Positions 62,574 to 64,000 of a stretch of DNA of 64,000 bases are shown here, piece by piece (within the stretch, counting starts at the first letter, position 1; every line of letters begins with the position of its first letter). Both the position numbers and the translations under genes were made by a program. Below the pieces are notes generated by a model. That model searched no databases. It saw nothing but the letters and a program-made list of their open reading frames with translations, and had not been told where the DNA came from. Location: contig CAWHLA010000008.1 of the NCBI GenBank assembly GCA_963830065.1, forward strand, positions 1-64,000. Reading direction: 5' to 3'. The DNA comes from an uncultured Thermoleophilaceae bacterium (lineage in GTDB: Bacteria > Actinomycetota > Thermoleophilia > Solirubrobacterales > Thermoleophilaceae).

Positions 62574-63547
62574 CAGGAGGTCTCCCCCGCGGCGAGCTTG
62601 CGGCCCACGCGCAGGCGGCCACTTCGCGCGCGCGGGTTGTCGGCCACCTCACCCGGGCTGGGCGCGATGGCGCGGCCGGTCAGCACCTCGGCCTCCGGCT
62701 CGCGGCCGCAGGCGCAGATGGGGAAGTCGGGCGGGCAGATGCACCCCCGGGCGCGGTCGGCCAGGAAGCGCTTGACCCGACGATCCTCCAGCGAGTGGAA
62801 GGAGATCGCCGCCACCCGGCCGCCGGGGCGGAGCAGGCCGAAGGCGACGGGCAGCGCGCGATCGAGCTCGGCCAGTTCGTCGTTGACCGCGATCCGCAGC
62901 GCCTGGAAGACCCGGCGCGCGGGATGGCCGGCCCCGAAGGCGCGGCGGGCAGGCGCCGGGACGGCGGCCTCGATGGCCTCCACCAGCTCGCCCGTCGTCT
63001 CGATGGGCGCGTTCTCGCGCCGGCGGGCGATCTCGCGGGCGATCCGCTGCGCATGGCGCTCCTCGCCGAAGGTCCGGAACACCTGAGCCAGGCGGCCGGG
63101 CTCGAGCTCTGCCACCAAGTCGGCCGCCGTGGGTCCCTCCGTGGGATCCATCCGCATGTCCAGCGGCGCGTCGTAGGAGTAGGAGAAGCCGCGCTCGCGC
63201 GCGTCGAGCTGCATCGACGACACGCCCAAGTCGAACAGCACCAAGTCGGCCTCGAGGCCCTCGTCGGCCAGCTCCTCCAGCCCTTCCGCGTAACTCGCGC
63301 GCACGAAGCGGGTCTCGCAGACCACCTCGCCGGCCAACTCCTCGAAGCGCTCCTCGGCAGCCGGATCGCGGTCGATCGCCACCAGCGTGCCGGTGGGCCC
63401 GATGCGGTCGGCGATCAGGCGGGAATGGCCGCCCGCGCCGAAGGTGCAGTCGATCACGGTGTCACCCGGTCCGGGGTCGCCGAGCTCGATCACCTCGGCG
63501 GCCAACACGGGCACGTGCGTGCGCGTCATGTCAAGAAGGATTGCCAA
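62573..63547 (-). CDS. rsmH: 16S rRNA (cytosine1402-N4)-methyltransferase
   Basis: HVPVLAAEVIELGDPGPGDTVIDCTFGAGGHS. Confidence 0.9.
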   Translation of the reverse strand: MAILLDMTRTHVPVLAAEVIELGDPGPGDTVIDCTFGAGGHSRLIADRIGPTGTLVAIDRDPAAEERFEELAGEVVCETRFVRASYAEGLEELADEGLEADLVLFDLGVSSMQLDARERGFSYSYDAPLDMRMDPTEGPTAADLVAELEPGRLAQVFRTFGEERHAQRIAREIARRRENAPIETTGELVEAIEAAVPAPARRAFGAGHPARRVFQALRIAVNDELAELDRALPVAFGLLRPGGRVAAISFHSLEDRRVKRFLADRARGCICPPDFPICACGREPEAEVLTGRAIAPSPGEVADNPRARSGRLRVGRKLAAGETS

Positions 63548-63965
63548 GACTCTCCGTCAGCTCCCCGATGTGCTCGTCGAGTGACTGCTGCTCGGCTTCC
63601 CAGCGCCCCTTGTCCCAGAGCTCAAGGTTGTTGCCCACGCCGGCCACGACGACCTCACGCTCGAGCCCCGCGTGCGTCATGAGCTGGGCGGGGATGGTGA
63701 CCCGGCTGGCCTTGTCCATCTCCAGGTCCCAGGAGTTGCCCTGGTAGTAGCGCGCGACGCGCTTGCGCTCGGCCCCGAGCGGGTTGAGGCCGGAGAGGGC
63801 GGCGGTCACGGTCTCGTCGTGGGCCTGCGGCGTCCACACGGCCACGCAGGCCTCCGAGTCCTTGGAGAGAACCAGTCCATCGGCGAACGCGGCGCGGTAG
63901 CGAGCCGGAATGCTCAGCCTGTTCTTCGCGTCCAGCGAATGCTCGAAGTGGCCCCGGAATGCCAA
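63531..63965 (-). CDS. mraZ: Transcriptional regulator MraZ
   Basis: MAFRGHFEHSLDAKNRLSIPARYR...RVTIPAQL. Confidence 0.9.
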   Translation of the reverse strand: MAFRGHFEHSLDAKNRLSIPARYRAAFADGLVLSKDSEACVAVWTPQAHDETVTAALSGLNPLGAERKRVARYYQGNSWDLEMDKASRVTIPAQLMTHAGLEREVVVAGVGNNLELWDKGRWEAEQQSLDEHIGELTESLGNPS

Positions 63966-64000
63966 CCGTCCTCCGTCAGCGAAGCGTTGGACCGGAGTGG

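Overview
This 64-kb window is very high-GC (about 70%) bacterial DNA and reads as two unrelated halves joined near position 29.27 kb. No tRNA, rRNA, CRISPR array, IS element or prophage was recognised.

Left half (1 to ~29270) looks like Planctomycetota. It carries a PVC-type membrane-bound dehydrogenase with HEAT repeats and a cytochrome c domain, an ECF sigma factor with a C-terminal TIGR03067 domain, and N-terminal Planctomycete-style secretion motifs. Other genes are aroB, an inositol-3-phosphate synthase, a sugar-phosphate isomerase, a phytanoyl-CoA dioxygenase, ggt, a giant secreted repeat protein, an FHA-GAF histidine kinase, three band-7 (HflK/C) genes, a P-type ATPase, rpmA, argJ and an ABC transporter. 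Nearly every gene in this half is broken by single-base frameshifts, roughly one per 250-300 bp. That is either uncorrected indel error in a low-coverage long-read region or massive pseudogenisation.

Right half (~29270 to 64000) looks like Actinomycetota (Thermoleophilia/Rubrobacteria-like: no ftsA, split gcvP). It holds a truncated scpA, trpS, two acyl-CoA ligases, an AraC regulator, a SigJ-like ECF sigma with a YciI partner, dinB preceded by a Cheo-type LexA box, a gcvT-gcvH-DUF-cupin-gcvPA-gcvPB operon, a metallophosphoesterase, a PQQ sugar dehydrogenase, and an intact dcw cluster in the order mraZ-rsmH-ftsL-ftsI-murE-murF-mraY-murD-ftsW-murG-murC-ftsQ-ftsZ. Only dinB and the PQQ dehydrogenase are frameshifted here.

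The junction at ~29265 cuts both an ABC-2 permease and scpA mid-gene with no mobile-element signature, so a chimeric or mis-joined contig is the most economical explanation. The most unusual non-coding content is a set of long perfect palindromes in the left half (15428-15490, 15817-16085, 26341-26435) that share CGTCAGCC/GGCTGACG termini, plus tandem 41-42-bp direct repeats upstream of the P-type ATPase promoter.
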